From contig DATDEZ010000047.1 in NCBI GenBank assembly GCA_036522875.1, positions 51,988 to 115,987 of the forward strand: a stretch of DNA of 64,000 bases, written 5' to 3'. Position 1 is the stretch's first letter. Each line of letters starts with the position of its first letter. The notes beneath the pieces were generated by a model. That model saw nothing but the letters and a program-made list of their open reading frames with translations, did no database searches and was not told where the DNA came from. Below, piece after piece: positions 1-10,771 of the stretch. This stretch comes from Gemmatimonadales bacterium (GTDB lineage: Bacteria > Gemmatimonadota > Gemmatimonadetes > Gemmatimonadales > GWC2-71-9). Both the position numbers and the translations under genes were made by a program.

Positions 1-635
1 TCATCATTCTGCAGATCGGGCTGTTCCTCTTGGTCGGTACGACATTGTGGCTCGCCGGCGCGGACAATCCGGCGCTGCGCGGCGATGCGATCTACCCGAC
101 CTTCGTGATCTCCCATCTCCCGCCGGGACTCGCCGGGCTGGTGGTCGCCGGCATTCTCGCGGCCGCGATGAGCAGCCATGCATCCGCCGTGAACTCACTC
201 GCCTCGGCCGCGACCCACGACTTCTACGCGCCGATCACCGGCAAGCGCGATCCCCAGCAGCTGCTGCGCGTGGGACGTTGGCTCACACTCATCTGGACCG
301 CCGTACTGGTCGGCGGCGCCTTGGCCTTCAAGAATCAAAACACCCCCGTCGTTCAATTGGCACTCAGCATTGCGTCCCTCACGTACGGCGCCTTGCTGGG
401 GACGTACATACTCGGCGGTTTCTGGGCGCGCGCGCGACAGATCGATGTCATCATCGCACTGGTCACGAGTATCATCCTGATGTCCCCGGTCGTGCTCGGC
501 GCGGTATTTCCGCCTTTCCCGATTCACTGGCTCCCCGGTCTGGCCTGGCCGTGGTACGTGCCGCTCGGAACGCTCATCACGGTGCTGGTCGGAATGATCT
601 CGTCCCTGTTCGGACAACGAGCCGTGGCAGAATGA
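1..635 (+). CDS. Sodium:solute symporter (SSS) family transporter, C-terminal part; 5' end lies outside the window
   Basis: The ORF is open from the window edge in the frame of 30..635. It is a highly hydrophobic multi-TM sequence (GLAGLVVAGILAAAMSSHASAVNSLASA, LTYGALLGTYILGGFW), typical of the C-terminal helices of SSS permeases. Confidence 0.7.
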   Translation, partial: IILQIGLFLLVGTTLWLAGADNPALRGDAIYPTFVISHLPPGLAGLVVAGILAAAMSSHASAVNSLASAATHDFYAPITGKRDPQQLLRVGRWLTLIWTAVLVGGALAFKNQNTPVVQLALSIASLTYGALLGTYILGGFWARARQIDVIIALVTSIILMSPVVLGAVFPPFPIHWLPGLAWPWYVPLGTLITVLVGMISSLFGQRAVAE

Positions 636-1585
636 CCGCAGAATCCGACCGGCCGACCGTGCAGCCATCCGACGCCGTCCTTTTGGGCATCGACGCCGGC
701 GGCTCGCATACCGCCGTCGTCGTCGGCAACAAACAGGGCCGCGTCCTCGCGCGCGCCGAAGGCCCCGGCTCGGCGATGCGGCCCGGCGGCGCCGAGCGAT
801 CGGCGGCCGTCATTCTCGACGTCGCGCGCCGTGCCGCCGCGCAGGCCAAGGTGGCGCTTCCCGCCGCCGTGGCTTTCGTCGGTGCCGCCGGCGCGGGTCG
901 CGCGCCGGAGCAAGCGGCATTGGCCGAAGCGATCGCGGCCGCGGGTGTTGCGAGCCGGGTCGAGGTGCGCGGCGACATCGAGATCGCCCTCGCGGCGGCA
1001 TTCGGAGAGTCCGCCGGCATCATGGTCAATGCCGGTACCGGCTCCATCGCGTACGCGCGCACCGGCGACGGCAAGCTCCACCGCGCCGGTGGCCACGGCT
1101 GGCAGCTGGGCGACGAGGGCAGCGGCTACTGGCTGGGGCGGCGCGCCCTGTCGGCGGCGGCGCGCTCGTACGACGGGCTGGAGGAGGCGTCGACCCTGCT
1201 CGAGCGGGTGCTCGTCGCGCTGGGGCTGCAAACGTTCGACGATTTGATACGCTGGACCGCGACCGCGACGCCGGCGCAAGTGGCGGCGCTTGCCCCGCAT
1301 GTGCTGAACGCGGCGCGGGAAGGCGAGGTCGTCGCGCAGCGCATCATCGAGGAGGCAGCGGCTGAGCTGTCGCGCTTGGTGGTCGTGCTGAGCGGCCGTT
1401 TTCCCGAGACCGATCGCATCAAGATCGCGACAGCCGGCGGCCTGCTGCGTCCCGGCTCACCGCTGCTCGACGCGTTCCGCGCCCAACTGGCGACCGACGT
1501 CCCGCGCGCGCAGCTCGCCGACAGCTCCGTCGACGCGCCGATCGGCGCGTTGCGGCTCGCCGCGCAGCTACTGGGTCGGGGCTGA
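632..1585 (+). CDS. BadF/BadG/BcrA/BcrD-type ATPase, N-acetylglucosamine kinase-like
   Basis: The internal ATG at 632 overlaps the upstream stop (ATGA). The N-terminal LLGIDAGGSHT phosphate-1 motif, then NAGTGSIAY and GHGWQLGDEGSGYWLG, are hallmarks of the ASKHA/BadF kinase family. The 5' part of the long 47..1585 ORF is a GC-shadow. Confidence 0.7.
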   Translation: MTAESDRPTVQPSDAVLLGIDAGGSHTAVVVGNKQGRVLARAEGPGSAMRPGGAERSAAVILDVARRAAAQAKVALPAAVAFVGAAGAGRAPEQAALAEAIAAAGVASRVEVRGDIEIALAAAFGESAGIMVNAGTGSIAYARTGDGKLHRAGGHGWQLGDEGSGYWLGRRALSAAARSYDGLEEASTLLERVLVALGLQTFDDLIRWTATATPAQVAALAPHVLNAAREGEVVAQRIIEEAAAELSRLVVVLSGRFPETDRIKIATAGGLLRPGSPLLDAFRAQLATDVPRAQLADSSVDAPIGALRLAAQLLGRG

Positions 1586-3070
1586 TCCCTGCCGGATGCG
1601 GCTGTGCTTGAAGCCGTAGAAGAAATACAGCAACAGCCCGATCGCCAACCAGACCGCGAAGCGCACCCACGTTTCGAGCGGTAGCCCTTTCATCACGTAG
1701 CCGCATAGCACGACCGAAGCGATGGTGATCACGGGAAACCAGGGCACGCGGAACGGCCGGTGCCGTTCGGGCTCGGTAAACCGCAGGACAAAGACGCCCG
1801 CCGAGACCAGCATGAAGGCGAAGAGCGTGCCGATGTTGGTCAGATTGTAGGTCTCGTTGGCGTCGCCGATCAGCGACCAGACGGCGACGAACACTCCTGT
1901 GACGATCGTGGTGATGTACGGAACGCGGCGATTGGTGGAGATGCGGGCGGCCCACGGCGGCAGGAGCCCGTCACGCGCCATCGAAAAGAAGATCCGCGGT
2001 TGCCCGTACTGGAACACCAGCAGGACCGCCGACATCGAGACGATCGCGCCCAGTGCAACGATCCAGCCGACCGTCTTGAGGCCCGCGACCTCGAGCGCCT
2101 TCGCGAGCGGATCCGCGACGCCCAGATCACCATATGGCACCATCCCGGTGAGCACGGCCCCGATGATCACGTAGATCAGCGTACAGATCGCCAGGCCGCC
2201 GAGAATGCCGATCGGCAAGTTGCGTTGCGGGTTCTTCGTTTCTTCGGCGGCCGTCGATATGGCGTCGAAGCCGATGTACGCGAAGAAGACGATCGCGGCT
2301 CCCTGATGAATGCCGCGCCAACCGTTCGGCGCAAACGGCGTGTAGTTGGCGGAATTGATGTGGCTCACTCCGGCGATGATGAACAACGCGAGCACCAGCA
2401 GCTTGATGATCACCAGGATGTTGTTCGTGCGCGCGCTCTCGCGGACGCCGAGCAGCAGCAGCCACGTGATCAGTCCCACGATGACGAACGCGGGAATGTT
2501 CACGAGGATCGGAATCCCAAACACATGCGGCGCGGTGTCGAGCAATCCGTGCACGGCAGGATCCGGCGACAGCAGCGCGGTCCGGTACCCTGTCGACGCC
2601 CAGACGGGCAGATGAACGCCGAAGCTCGAGAGGAGGGACTTGAAGTAATCGGCCCACGAAATCGCCACGGCGACGTTGCCGACCGCGTACTCGAGGATCA
2701 AGTCCCAGCCGATGATCCATGCGACGAGCTCGCCGAGCGTCGCGTAGGAATACGCGTACGCGCTGCCCGCCTGCGGGATCATCGCCGCCAGCTCGGCGTA
2801 GCACAGCCCGGCGAGCGCGCAGCATACGCCGAGCAGGAGGAAGGAGAAGACGAGCGCGGGCCCCGCCCCGGCGCGGACCAGGTGTCCGGCGGCGTCGGTC
2901 TGGCCGGCGGCGGCCGTGCCGATCGCGCCGAAGATCCCGGCGCCGATGACGGCGCCGATCGCGAGCATGATGAGGTCGCCGGCGCCGAGCACGCGGCGCA
3001 GCGACTGCGGCGTGTCCAGCTCGCCGACGAGGAGGTCCGCAATCGGCTTCCGCTTGAAGAGCTGCCGCAC
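1568..3070 (-). CDS. APC-superfamily amino acid permease
   Basis: About 12 predicted TM segments. The signature LIMLAIGAVIGAGIFGAIG sits near the N-terminus. I place the start at the in-frame GTG at 3070 because the upstream TonB gene ends at 3079. Confidence 0.8.
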   Translation of the reverse strand: MRQLFKRKPIADLLVGELDTPQSLRRVLGAGDLIMLAIGAVIGAGIFGAIGTAAAGQTDAAGHLVRAGAGPALVFSFLLLGVCCALAGLCYAELAAMIPQAGSAYAYSYATLGELVAWIIGWDLILEYAVGNVAVAISWADYFKSLLSSFGVHLPVWASTGYRTALLSPDPAVHGLLDTAPHVFGIPILVNIPAFVIVGLITWLLLLGVRESARTNNILVIIKLLVLALFIIAGVSHINSANYTPFAPNGWRGIHQGAAIVFFAYIGFDAISTAAEETKNPQRNLPIGILGGLAICTLIYVIIGAVLTGMVPYGDLGVADPLAKALEVAGLKTVGWIVALGAIVSMSAVLLVFQYGQPRIFFSMARDGLLPPWAARISTNRRVPYITTIVTGVFVAVWSLIGDANETYNLTNIGTLFAFMLVSAGVFVLRFTEPERHRPFRVPWFPVITIASVVLCGYVMKGLPLETWVRFAVWLAIGLLLYFFYGFKHSRIRQGSAPTQ

Positions 3071-3078
3071 CAGGACTC

Positions 3079-3849
3079 CTAGGGTAGTGTCAGCGTGATG
3101 CGCGCGATGCCGTCGATCGGCCGCCCGTCGAGGGTGCGCGCCGGATTGAACTGATAACCCATCATGCGATCCACGAAGTCGCGGCGATAGCCCGAGTCTT
3201 TGATCGGCGGCGTCACCTCGACGCGCGTCACGCGCCCCTCCGCCGTCACCCAGAATTGGACTTCGTAGGGGCGTCCTTTCATCTCCCGCGGCGCGCCGGA
3301 CGGCGGGAGAATCGCCCATTTCGGCGAGGGGATAATACCGCTCGGTCCGCCGCCCGAGCCAGGACCAGAGTCCGATCCCACGCCGGTCCCCGTGCCCGTC
3401 CCCTGCCCGCCGCCACTGCCCGGTCCCGAGCCCGGCCCGCCCGTCGTACCGTTTCCCGTGCCCACCGCGACCGGCGGCGTCGTCTGCGTCGTCAGCGGAA
3501 CGTCGATTTTTACCGGCTCAGCCGGTGGCGGCGTCACGGTCGGGACGGTGACGACCGGTGGCGGCGTCGGCTCGGCCTTCACGACGTCGTGCTCGGCCGA
3601 CGCGGCCGCGAGCGGCGGCAGCGCGACCCAGCTCATCGCCGGCTGGCCGCCGCCGCCACCGCCCCCGCGCGGTCCGGTGCTTCCGCCGCCGCCGCCCGAG
3701 GCAAACAGCGTGGCGCCGCGCCACAGCACGAGGATCGCGATCGCGATGTGCGCGAGCAGGGAGAGCGCGGCGGCCGGGCCACTCCCCTCGCGCCGCCGCG
3801 AGAGCGGCAGCGCGTAGGAGTCGAAGGCGGGGCGTGAGGCGTCCGGCAT
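3079..3849 (-). CDS. tonB: TonB-family energy transducer (paralog 1), Gly/Pro-rich linker
   Basis: Start at MPDASRP (ATG 3849). One N-terminal TM (LSLLAHIAIAILVLW), Gly-rich and PPPVVTVPTVTPPPAEP linkers, and a C-terminal TonB_C-like fold (YEVQFWVTAEGRVTRVEVTPP...ARITLTL). Confidence 0.75.
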   Translation of the reverse strand: MPDASRPAFDSYALPLSRRREGSGPAAALSLLAHIAIAILVLWRGATLFASGGGGGSTGPRGGGGGGGQPAMSWVALPPLAAASAEHDVVKAEPTPPPVVTVPTVTPPPAEPVKIDVPLTTQTTPPVAVGTGNGTTGGPGSGPGSGGGQGTGTGTGVGSDSGPGSGGGPSGIIPSPKWAILPPSGAPREMKGRPYEVQFWVTAEGRVTRVEVTPPIKDSGYRRDFVDRMMGYQFNPARTLDGRPIDGIARITLTLP

Positions 3850-3870
3850 AGGTGATAAATACTCTATAAC

Positions 3871-3901
3871 GAAAACCGGGGCACGGTTTCGTGCCCCGGT
3901 T
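3871..3901 (-). terminator. Rho-independent terminator after exbD
   Basis: Perfect 12-bp stem AACCGGGGCACG/CGTGCCCCGGTT with a 4-nt loop, followed on the minus strand by TTTTCGTT. It lies directly downstream of the exbD stop at 3923. Confidence 0.75.
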
Positions 3902-3922
3902 TGACGCGTCTCGTACAGACGA

Positions 3923-4351
3923 TCAGTGCGCCGCGTTCGCTTCCTGCGGCGTGAAGCCGATGACCTGGACGCCCGCCCCGCGGGCCACGTCCATCGCGCG
4001 CACGATATCACCGTACTTGCGATTGGGGGCCGCCTTGATGAACAGCAGCTTGGCCGGGCGCTGATCGTACAGCTCGTGGAACTTGGCCTCGAGCTGCTCG
4101 AACGGGAGCACCTGCGTGTTGATCGCATACGACCCGTCCGGCTTGAGCTCCAGCACGATCTGGTCGCTCTGCGTCTGCTTCTGATGCGGCTGATTCTTCT
4201 GCTCGGGCGGCACCTGCACCTCGAACCGCCGCCGCGAGAGCGGCAGCGTGATCATGAAAATGATCAGGAGCACGAGCAGCACGTCGATCATCGGCGTGAC
4301 ATTGATGTCCGAGCTCAGACCGCTGCCGCTGCCGCCGCTTCCCATGGCCAT
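3923..4351 (-). CDS. exbD: ExbD/TolR biopolymer transport protein
   Basis: INVTPMIDVLLVLLIIFMI TM motif and the typical ExbD periplasmic domain, about 140 aa. Confidence 0.9.
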   Translation of the reverse strand: MAMGSGGSGSGLSSDINVTPMIDVLLVLLIIFMITLPLSRRRFEVQVPPEQKNQPHQKQTQSDQIVLELKPDGSYAINTQVLPFEQLEAKFHELYDQRPAKLLFIKAAPNRKYGDIVRAMDVARGAGVQVIGFTPQEANAAH

Positions 4352-4353
4352 GG

Positions 4354-4821
4354 TCAGTGCTCCGGTTTGACGGAACGTTCTTGTTCGGCGATCGCGCCGA
4401 TCACGCGTACGCCCGCTTTTCGCGCCATTTCGAGCGCGACCTGAATCCGGCCGTACTCGACACCCTCATCGGCCTTCAGATACATGATCTTGTCGACGCT
4501 GCGGTTGGCATAGAGCGTCGTCAGCTGGCCGGGCAGGTCCTCGTCGCTGATGAAGCGCGGGCCCGTGTACTTGCCGGTTCGGGGATCGGTGATATCGAGG
4601 TAGAACTTCCCCAGGTTGTCGATGCCCAACCGAATTTCGCCTTCGCCCTCTTCCTTGGCGTCGGGGTTCTTGGCGCGCGGAATCGTCGCCTGGAACCCGG
4701 CCGTGATCGCGGGGGTCACGATCATGAAGATGATCAGCAGCACCAACATCACGTCGATCATCGGCGTGACGTTGATGTTCGCCGCCACGGCGCCTTTGGC
4801 TGAAGCTGCACCCATCGCCAT
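4354..4821 (-). CDS. exbD: ExbD/TolR biopolymer transport protein (second copy)
   Basis: INVTPMIDVMLVLLIIFMI motif. It sits 2 nt upstream of the other exbD. Confidence 0.9.
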   Translation of the reverse strand: MAMGAASAKGAVAANINVTPMIDVMLVLLIIFMIVTPAITAGFQATIPRAKNPDAKEEGEGEIRLGIDNLGKFYLDITDPRTGKYTGPRFISDEDLPGQLTTLYANRSVDKIMYLKADEGVEYGRIQVALEMARKAGVRVIGAIAEQERSVKPEH

Positions 4822-4827
4822 GGCGAC

Positions 4828-5571
4828 TTATCCTTTGATCGGGCCGCTGGTCTGCGACGTCTTCTGGGTCTGGAATTCCTTCGTGAAGATCGACCGGCCG
4901 AATTCGCTGCCGACGCTCTTGATGAGGTAGTCGATCAGCTCTTTCGACGTGTACGTCATTTCGACCGTCAGGAAGTCGATCTTCGTGCTGAAGTAGTTGT
5001 AGAGCCACACCGCCGGAATCGCGACCATGAGGCCGAACGCGGTCGTGATCAGCGCTTCGGCGACGCCGCCCGTGATCGCGGCGAGCGAGCCGGAGCCGCC
5101 CGACGCGGACATCCCTTGGAACGCCGTCACGATACCCATCGTGGTGCCGAGCAGACCGACGAACGGCGCCGTCGCGCCCGTCGTCGCCAGAATGCCGAGA
5201 CCGCGCTTCAGCTCGGCAGTGATGATGAGCATCTGCCGCTCCACCGCCCGCTCGGCCGAGTTGATGTCGGCGGCGGTGATGGTCGCGCGGTCGCGCAGCA
5301 GCGGCTTCACTTCGGCGAGCGCCTCACCCAGGACGCGCGCGACGTGGCTCTTCTTGTTCTTCTCAGCCAGTGCGATCGCGCCGTCGAGCTGCTCTTCCTG
5401 GAGGTAGCGGGAGAACTCCGGCGCAAAGCGACGGGTCTCCTTCTGCGACTTGCGCAGATAAATCCACTTCGAGATGCTGACCGCCCAGGACCAGGCCGAC
5501 ATGATGAACATGACGACCACGATGCCCTTGGCGAAGAGCCCCATCGATGCCCATAGGTCTGCGTAACTCAT
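4828..5571 (-). CDS. exbB: MotA/TolQ/ExbB proton channel protein
   Basis: Three TM segments and the conserved GLLGTTMGIVTAFQGM / AEALITTAFGLMVAIPAV motifs. Confidence 0.9.
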   Translation of the reverse strand: MSYADLWASMGLFAKGIVVVMFIMSAWSWAVSISKWIYLRKSQKETRRFAPEFSRYLQEEQLDGAIALAEKNKKSHVARVLGEALAEVKPLLRDRATITAADINSAERAVERQMLIITAELKRGLGILATTGATAPFVGLLGTTMGIVTAFQGMSASGGSGSLAAITGGVAEALITTAFGLMVAIPAVWLYNYFSTKIDFLTVEMTYTSKELIDYLIKSVGSEFGRSIFTKEFQTQKTSQTSGPIKG

Positions 5572-5581
5572 CCGAGTCTCC

Positions 5582-6259
5582 CTATCTCTTGATCGTGAAG
5601 TCGATCGGCAAATTCACCAGCACGCGGACGGCGCGGCCGTGGACTCGCGCGGGACGGAACAGCGACTTCAGCACCATGTTCTTCGCGGCCTGATCGAACC
5701 CCGGGTTCGGGCTCTGCACCACCTTCACCGACGGCGGCTCGGCGCGTCCCGACGTGTCGATGATCGCCGTGACGAGCACGCGGCCCTGCACGCCGGCTTG
5801 GCGCAACAGATCCGGATACTGCAGCGGCGGGTGCGTCAGCAGCTCGGGCCGTTCTTCGACCACCGACTCCATGAACACTTGGTCGGACGACGGCACGATG
5901 CCCGTGCCGGTGCCGCCCTCGACGCCCGTGCCCGTGTAGTCTTTGGGATCGAAGTGCTCCTGCAGATTGATCGGCGGAATGTTCGTCGGGATGTCGGTCG
6001 GCGCGACGACCGTTTGGAACCCCTTGAGCTGCGGCACATCCACGACGGGCGGCTGCTCTTCCGGCTTCTTTTGTTCTTCCTGATTCAGGAAGACCATCGC
6101 CGTGTCGAGCGTCTGATCATCCTTCTTCTGGCCCGCGGTCAGTGTGGCCACGACCGCGGCCAGCACGACGAGACTGTGTCCGACGAGCGACGCGGCGCCG
6201 AGACCGAACGCGCCCTTCTTGTTCGACTTGCGATTGGACTCGATCAGGTTGTTGAACAC
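5582..6259 (-). CDS. tonB: TonB-family energy transducer (paralog 2)
   Basis: GTG start preceded by GGAGG. N-terminal TM (LVGHSLVVLAAVVATL), charged/Pro linker (EEQKKPEEQPPVV), and C-terminal TonB_C (YPDLLRQAGVQGRVLVTAIIDTSGR...VNLPIDF). Confidence 0.85.
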   Translation of the reverse strand: MFNNLIESNRKSNKKGAFGLGAASLVGHSLVVLAAVVATLTAGQKKDDQTLDTAMVFLNQEEQKKPEEQPPVVDVPQLKGFQTVVAPTDIPTNIPPINLQEHFDPKDYTGTGVEGGTGTGIVPSSDQVFMESVVEERPELLTHPPLQYPDLLRQAGVQGRVLVTAIIDTSGRAEPPSVKVVQSPNPGFDQAAKNMVLKSLFRPARVHGRAVRVLVNLPIDFTIKR

Positions 6260-6331
6260 CGACGTTTCCTCCGGGCCGTGATGGCTCTCTAATAAGTACC
6301 CGCGTGGATTACAGCCGCTAGTAGAACCAAC

Positions 6332-6342
6332 ATTACAAAACG
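6332..6342 (-). promoter_or_regulatory. Conserved 11-mer (minus strand CGTTTTGTAAT) upstream of tonB paralog 2
   Basis: An identical 11-mer recurs at 7073..7083 upstream of tonB paralog 3 at a similar distance from the start codon (73 vs 67 nt). Function unknown. Confidence 0.25.
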
Positions 6343-6376
6343 ATGACAGCCGGATGAGCCTTTGCCATCCCGCTCC

Positions 6377-7006
6377 TTAGGGCGAAGTCCAAAGGGATTG
6401 GGCCGCGCGAATCGTGAAATCGTAGGGAATCCGCACGTGCACGGCGACAATGCGTCCACCGACCAGCGCGGGGCGAAACAGCGTGGCGAGCAACGCCTGT
6501 CGCGCCGGCGCGACAAAGGCGGGGTTCGTCGCACTGACGACCGCGATCGACGCCGGCACGACCCGACCGCCCGAATCGACGATCGCTTCGAGAACCACGC
6601 GCCCTTGAATGCCGGCTTGCCGAAGGAGCTCGGGGTAGACCGGCAGCGGACCGGTCAATACCTGCGGGCCGACCTCGCCGAGTACACCGATGACCCTGTC
6701 CGCTGGTCCAGCGGGCCCCGGACCGGACGGGACGAACACCGGAAACCGCGTTGTGAGCCCCGAGACGCCATCGATGCTCGGCGCCGGCACGGGAATAGTC
6801 CCGGGATTGAGCGGCGGCAGAGAAATCGCTAGCCCACCGCCCGCGTTTCCCGCCGGACTCGTGCGGCGAGGTGCTGGAGGTATGAAGTACTCAGTTCCGA
6901 TTCCCTCTGCCGGCGCCGAACGCGCGCGCCTGGTTGTGCCGAGTACGGCGAGTACCCCGAGCACGACATGGGCGGTCACGGAGACTGCGGAACTGACGAC
7001 GCGCAT
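6377..7006 (-). CDS. TonB C-terminal-domain protein (paralog 3)
   Basis: ATG preceded by GGAGG. N-terminal TM and C-terminal YPELLRQAGIQGRVVLEAIVDSGGR...VRIPYDFTI, closely parallel to paralog 2. Confidence 0.8.
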   Translation of the reverse strand: MRVVSSAVSVTAHVVLGVLAVLGTTRRARSAPAEGIGTEYFIPPAPRRTSPAGNAGGGLAISLPPLNPGTIPVPAPSIDGVSGLTTRFPVFVPSGPGPAGPADRVIGVLGEVGPQVLTGPLPVYPELLRQAGIQGRVVLEAIVDSGGRVVPASIAVVSATNPAFVAPARQALLATLFRPALVGGRIVAVHVRIPYDFTIRAAQSLWTSP

Positions 7007-7072
7007 GATACACCTCCGAGCGAGTTGCTCGAAGTTTGCGCTATGAGTCTGAGTGGATCGTTCTCGCGAGAT

Positions 7073-7083
7073 TACAAAACGCT
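7073..7083 (-). promoter_or_regulatory. Second copy of the CGTTTTGTAAT 11-mer, upstream of tonB paralog 3
   Basis: Exact repeat of 6332..6342. See that entry. Confidence 0.25.
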
Positions 7084-7098
7084 AACCGCGAAGTGACG

Positions 7099-8553
7099 TT
7101 ACGCCGTCTCGGCGCGCGGGAGTCCTACCGTGAAGGTCGTCCCCCGCCCCGGCCGGCTCTGCACGTCGATCGTTCCGCCGTGGGCTTCCGCGATCCACTT
7201 GCAGATGGCGAGCCCAAGGCCCGTCCCCGCGCGCTCGCTCGTGCGCGTCCGCGCGGAGTCGGCACGCCAAAAGCGGTCGAACACGTGCGGCAGATCCCCC
7301 GGCGCGATGCCGATCCCCGTGTCCGCGACGGTGAACACGGCCCGACCGTTGCTGCTGCCGAGCTCCACCGAGACCTGGCCGCCGCGCGGCGTGTACTTCA
7401 CGGCGTTCTCGATCAAGTTGAGCGCGAGCTGCCGCATGCGACTGCGATCGACCGGCACGACGAGCGGCTTGGGCGGTAACCGGATGTCGATCCCCACGCC
7501 CGCGTGCTCGGCGAGCAGCTCGCCCGTCTCCCCCGCTTCCTCAATGATCTCCCGCAAGTCGACCGGCACCTTGTGCAGTTCCGCGCGTCCCTCGTCCGCG
7601 CGTGCTAGCGTCAACAGCGCGTCGAGCAGCTCCGTCATCCGGTTCACCTCCTGGAGCGTCTCCTCGAGCGGGGCGAGCGTCTCGGGCGGCAGGCCGGGCC
7701 GCGTGATCGCGCGCTCCACGCCCGCGCGGACGACGGTGAGCGGCGTCTTGAGCTCGTGACTCGCATCGGCCGTGAAGCGCCGCAGCGCGACGAAGCTGCG
7801 CTCGAGACGCGTCCACATCTGATTGAGCGTCGCGGCGAGTCGGCCCAGCTCGTCCTTCTCCATCGGGATCGCGAGCCGGCGATGCAGGCTGCGACCGTCG
7901 GTGATCTCGCGGATCTCGGTGATCATGCTGTCCACCGGCTCGAGCGCGCGGCCCGCGATCCAGCGGCCGACGAGCACCGCCGGCACGATGCCGACGAGAA
8001 ACGCGATCACGATCGTGGTGATGAGCTGGTCGACCTGCAGCGCGGCGCTGCGCGTGTCCGCACCGGCGAGGATCGTGCCGATCTGTCCGCCCGCTTCGGG
8101 CACCGAGCGAATGACGTAGTGGATGGTCGGGCCATCGGGCACGTGATAGCGTCCCGGACCGGCGACACCCTCCGCCGTCGCCGCGGCGCGCGCCAGGGCG
8201 AGGACCTGCTCGAACCTCGCGAACCCCAGCGAGCGCGCGTCCGGCGAGCCGAAGAGGAGACTGCCGTCCTTGCTCGTGACGAGCAGGTAATCGGGCACGA
8301 CCTCGAGCACCGCGGCGACTTCCGGAATGAGGACGGGCCGCGCCGCCGTATCCTTCTGGACCAGCACGCCGCGCGCCCGAAAACTCTCGGCAAGAATGCC
8401 GGCGGTGAGGTCGGCTTCCGATTGGATGCGGCGATCGAGGTCCTGGTAGGTCGCGCTGCGGCGCGCGAAGTACAGCACCACCGCGAAGACGCCGATACTG
8501 AGGATCAGCGCGGTGGCGTACCAGATGGTCAGCCGCCCGCGAATGCTCTCCAT
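7099..8553 (-). CDS. Sensor histidine kinase (2 TM, HAMP, HisKA, HATPase_c)
   Basis: H-box ADASHELKTPLT, N-box LIENAVKYTP, G-boxes DTGIGI and GTGLGLAI. Two TM segments flank a periplasmic loop of about 150 aa. Confidence 0.9.
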   Translation of the reverse strand: MESIRGRLTIWYATALILSIGVFAVVLYFARRSATYQDLDRRIQSEADLTAGILAESFRARGVLVQKDTAARPVLIPEVAAVLEVVPDYLLVTSKDGSLLFGSPDARSLGFARFEQVLALARAAATAEGVAGPGRYHVPDGPTIHYVIRSVPEAGGQIGTILAGADTRSAALQVDQLITTIVIAFLVGIVPAVLVGRWIAGRALEPVDSMITEIREITDGRSLHRRLAIPMEKDELGRLAATLNQMWTRLERSFVALRRFTADASHELKTPLTVVRAGVERAITRPGLPPETLAPLEETLQEVNRMTELLDALLTLARADEGRAELHKVPVDLREIIEEAGETGELLAEHAGVGIDIRLPPKPLVVPVDRSRMRQLALNLIENAVKYTPRGGQVSVELGSSNGRAVFTVADTGIGIAPGDLPHVFDRFWRADSARTRTSERAGTGLGLAICKWIAEAHGGTIDVQSRPGRGTTFTVGLPRAETA

Positions 8554-9224
<671 letters not shown>

Positions 9225-9228
<4 letters not shown>

Positions 9229-10760
9229 GCGACCGGGAGGAACACCTTGAAGTTGGTGCCCACGCCCATCTGGGTCTCCACCTCGATGCGGCCGCGATGC
9301 TCCTGCACGATACCGTAGGCGACGGACAGGCCGAGGCCGGTGCCGCGGCCTTGCGGCTTGGTCGTGAAGAACGGCTCGAAAATCTTGGGCAGATCTTCGT
9401 GCCGGATGCCGGTGCCCGTGTCGATGAACTCCGCCATGATTTCGTCGCCGCGCAGCGGGTTGCGGCCGGTGCGCACGGTCAGCACGCCGCGCGAATTCAT
9501 CGCGTCCATGGCGTTCAGCATCAGTGCCATGAAGCATTGGACGAGGCGCTCGGCGTCGGCCTGGAACGACGGCAACCCGGTCGCCAGTTGCCGCTCGACC
9601 GTCAGCCATTTGAAGCGCTCGTGGTGCTTCAGCAGAAACAGCGTCTGCTCGATGATCGCGTTGATGTCCGACGTCCCCTTGTGCCCGCTCTTCTTGGGCC
9701 GCGAGAAATCGAGCAGCCCTTCCACGATGCGCCGGCAGCGTTGGACTTCGGTGTCGATGATCTTCAGATACTCGTCGTGCTCGCCAAAACGAAGTTCGAG
9801 CGCCTCGCTGCACGCGAGAATCGTCGCGAGCGGGTTGTTGATCTCGTGCATCACGCCCGCGGCGAGCTGCCCCACGGCCGCGAGCTTCTCGGCCTGAGCA
9901 AGCTGCGCCTGCGCCTGGCGCCATGCCGTCACGTCCTCGCCGATCGTGATCACGTGCGAGATGTCTTCGCCGTCGAGCCGCATCGGAATCTTGGTGATGC
10001 GATAGTGGCGGGCCTCGCCCGTCGCCTGCGAGTCCATCTCGACCTGCTGGATCTCGCCGGTCGCGAATACCCGATCGAACTCCTGTTTCAGCAAGTCGCG
10101 CGGCTGACGATCGAGCACCTCGAACACTTCGCGACCGAGCGCATCTTCGCGCGAAACGCCTTGCGTGCCCGCCTCGCGCTTGCGGTTCCACGCCCGAATG
10201 CGGTAGGCGCGATCGATGACGTACAGTCCCACGGGAAGCGAGTCGATGATGCGCGCCGCGAAGTTGCGCTGTGCCTCGAGCTCGCGCGTGCGGAGCGCGA
10301 CCTCGGAAGCGAGATCCTGCGACAACTCATTCGCCGCGAGCACCGGCGCCAGCATCTGCACGACCACCACGAGGATGTCATGCGAGACCCGCTCGCTCGT
10401 ACCCTGCGGGATCACCGCCTCGAGGCAGCCGAGCGGCTCGTCCTCGTAGACCAGGGGCAAGCGGTACAACGTACCGCCCGCGACCGGCGCCCGATCCGGG
10501 CCCTTGGCGATCCAGGCGGCGACATCCGCGGCTGCGTCGCGCGGTTCGGGTTCGTCGCTAGCAGGGGAAAGTGGCGTGTATCGGGAGCCGTCAGGGGTGC
10601 GAAGCCAGAGCCGGCAGCGCCGCAAGGCAAGGCCGCGCCGCAGCACGGCGAGCACGCTGCCGAGCCCGTCTTCAGCTGGCGGGCCGGCGGCGAGGATCCT
10701 AGCAACTTCCGCGAGAACCTCGAGACCGGGTTGGTCCGAGGTCAGCGTCGGCGCGACCAT
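9225..10760 (-). CDS. Cytoplasmic GAF-like/PAS sensor histidine kinase
   Basis: No TM segment. PAS-like IIDSLPVGLYVIDRAYRIRAWN. H-box MHEINNPLATI. G-boxes DTGTGI and GTGLGLSVAYGIV. Confidence 0.85.
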
Positions 10761-10771
10761 GGGTCGCTAAC

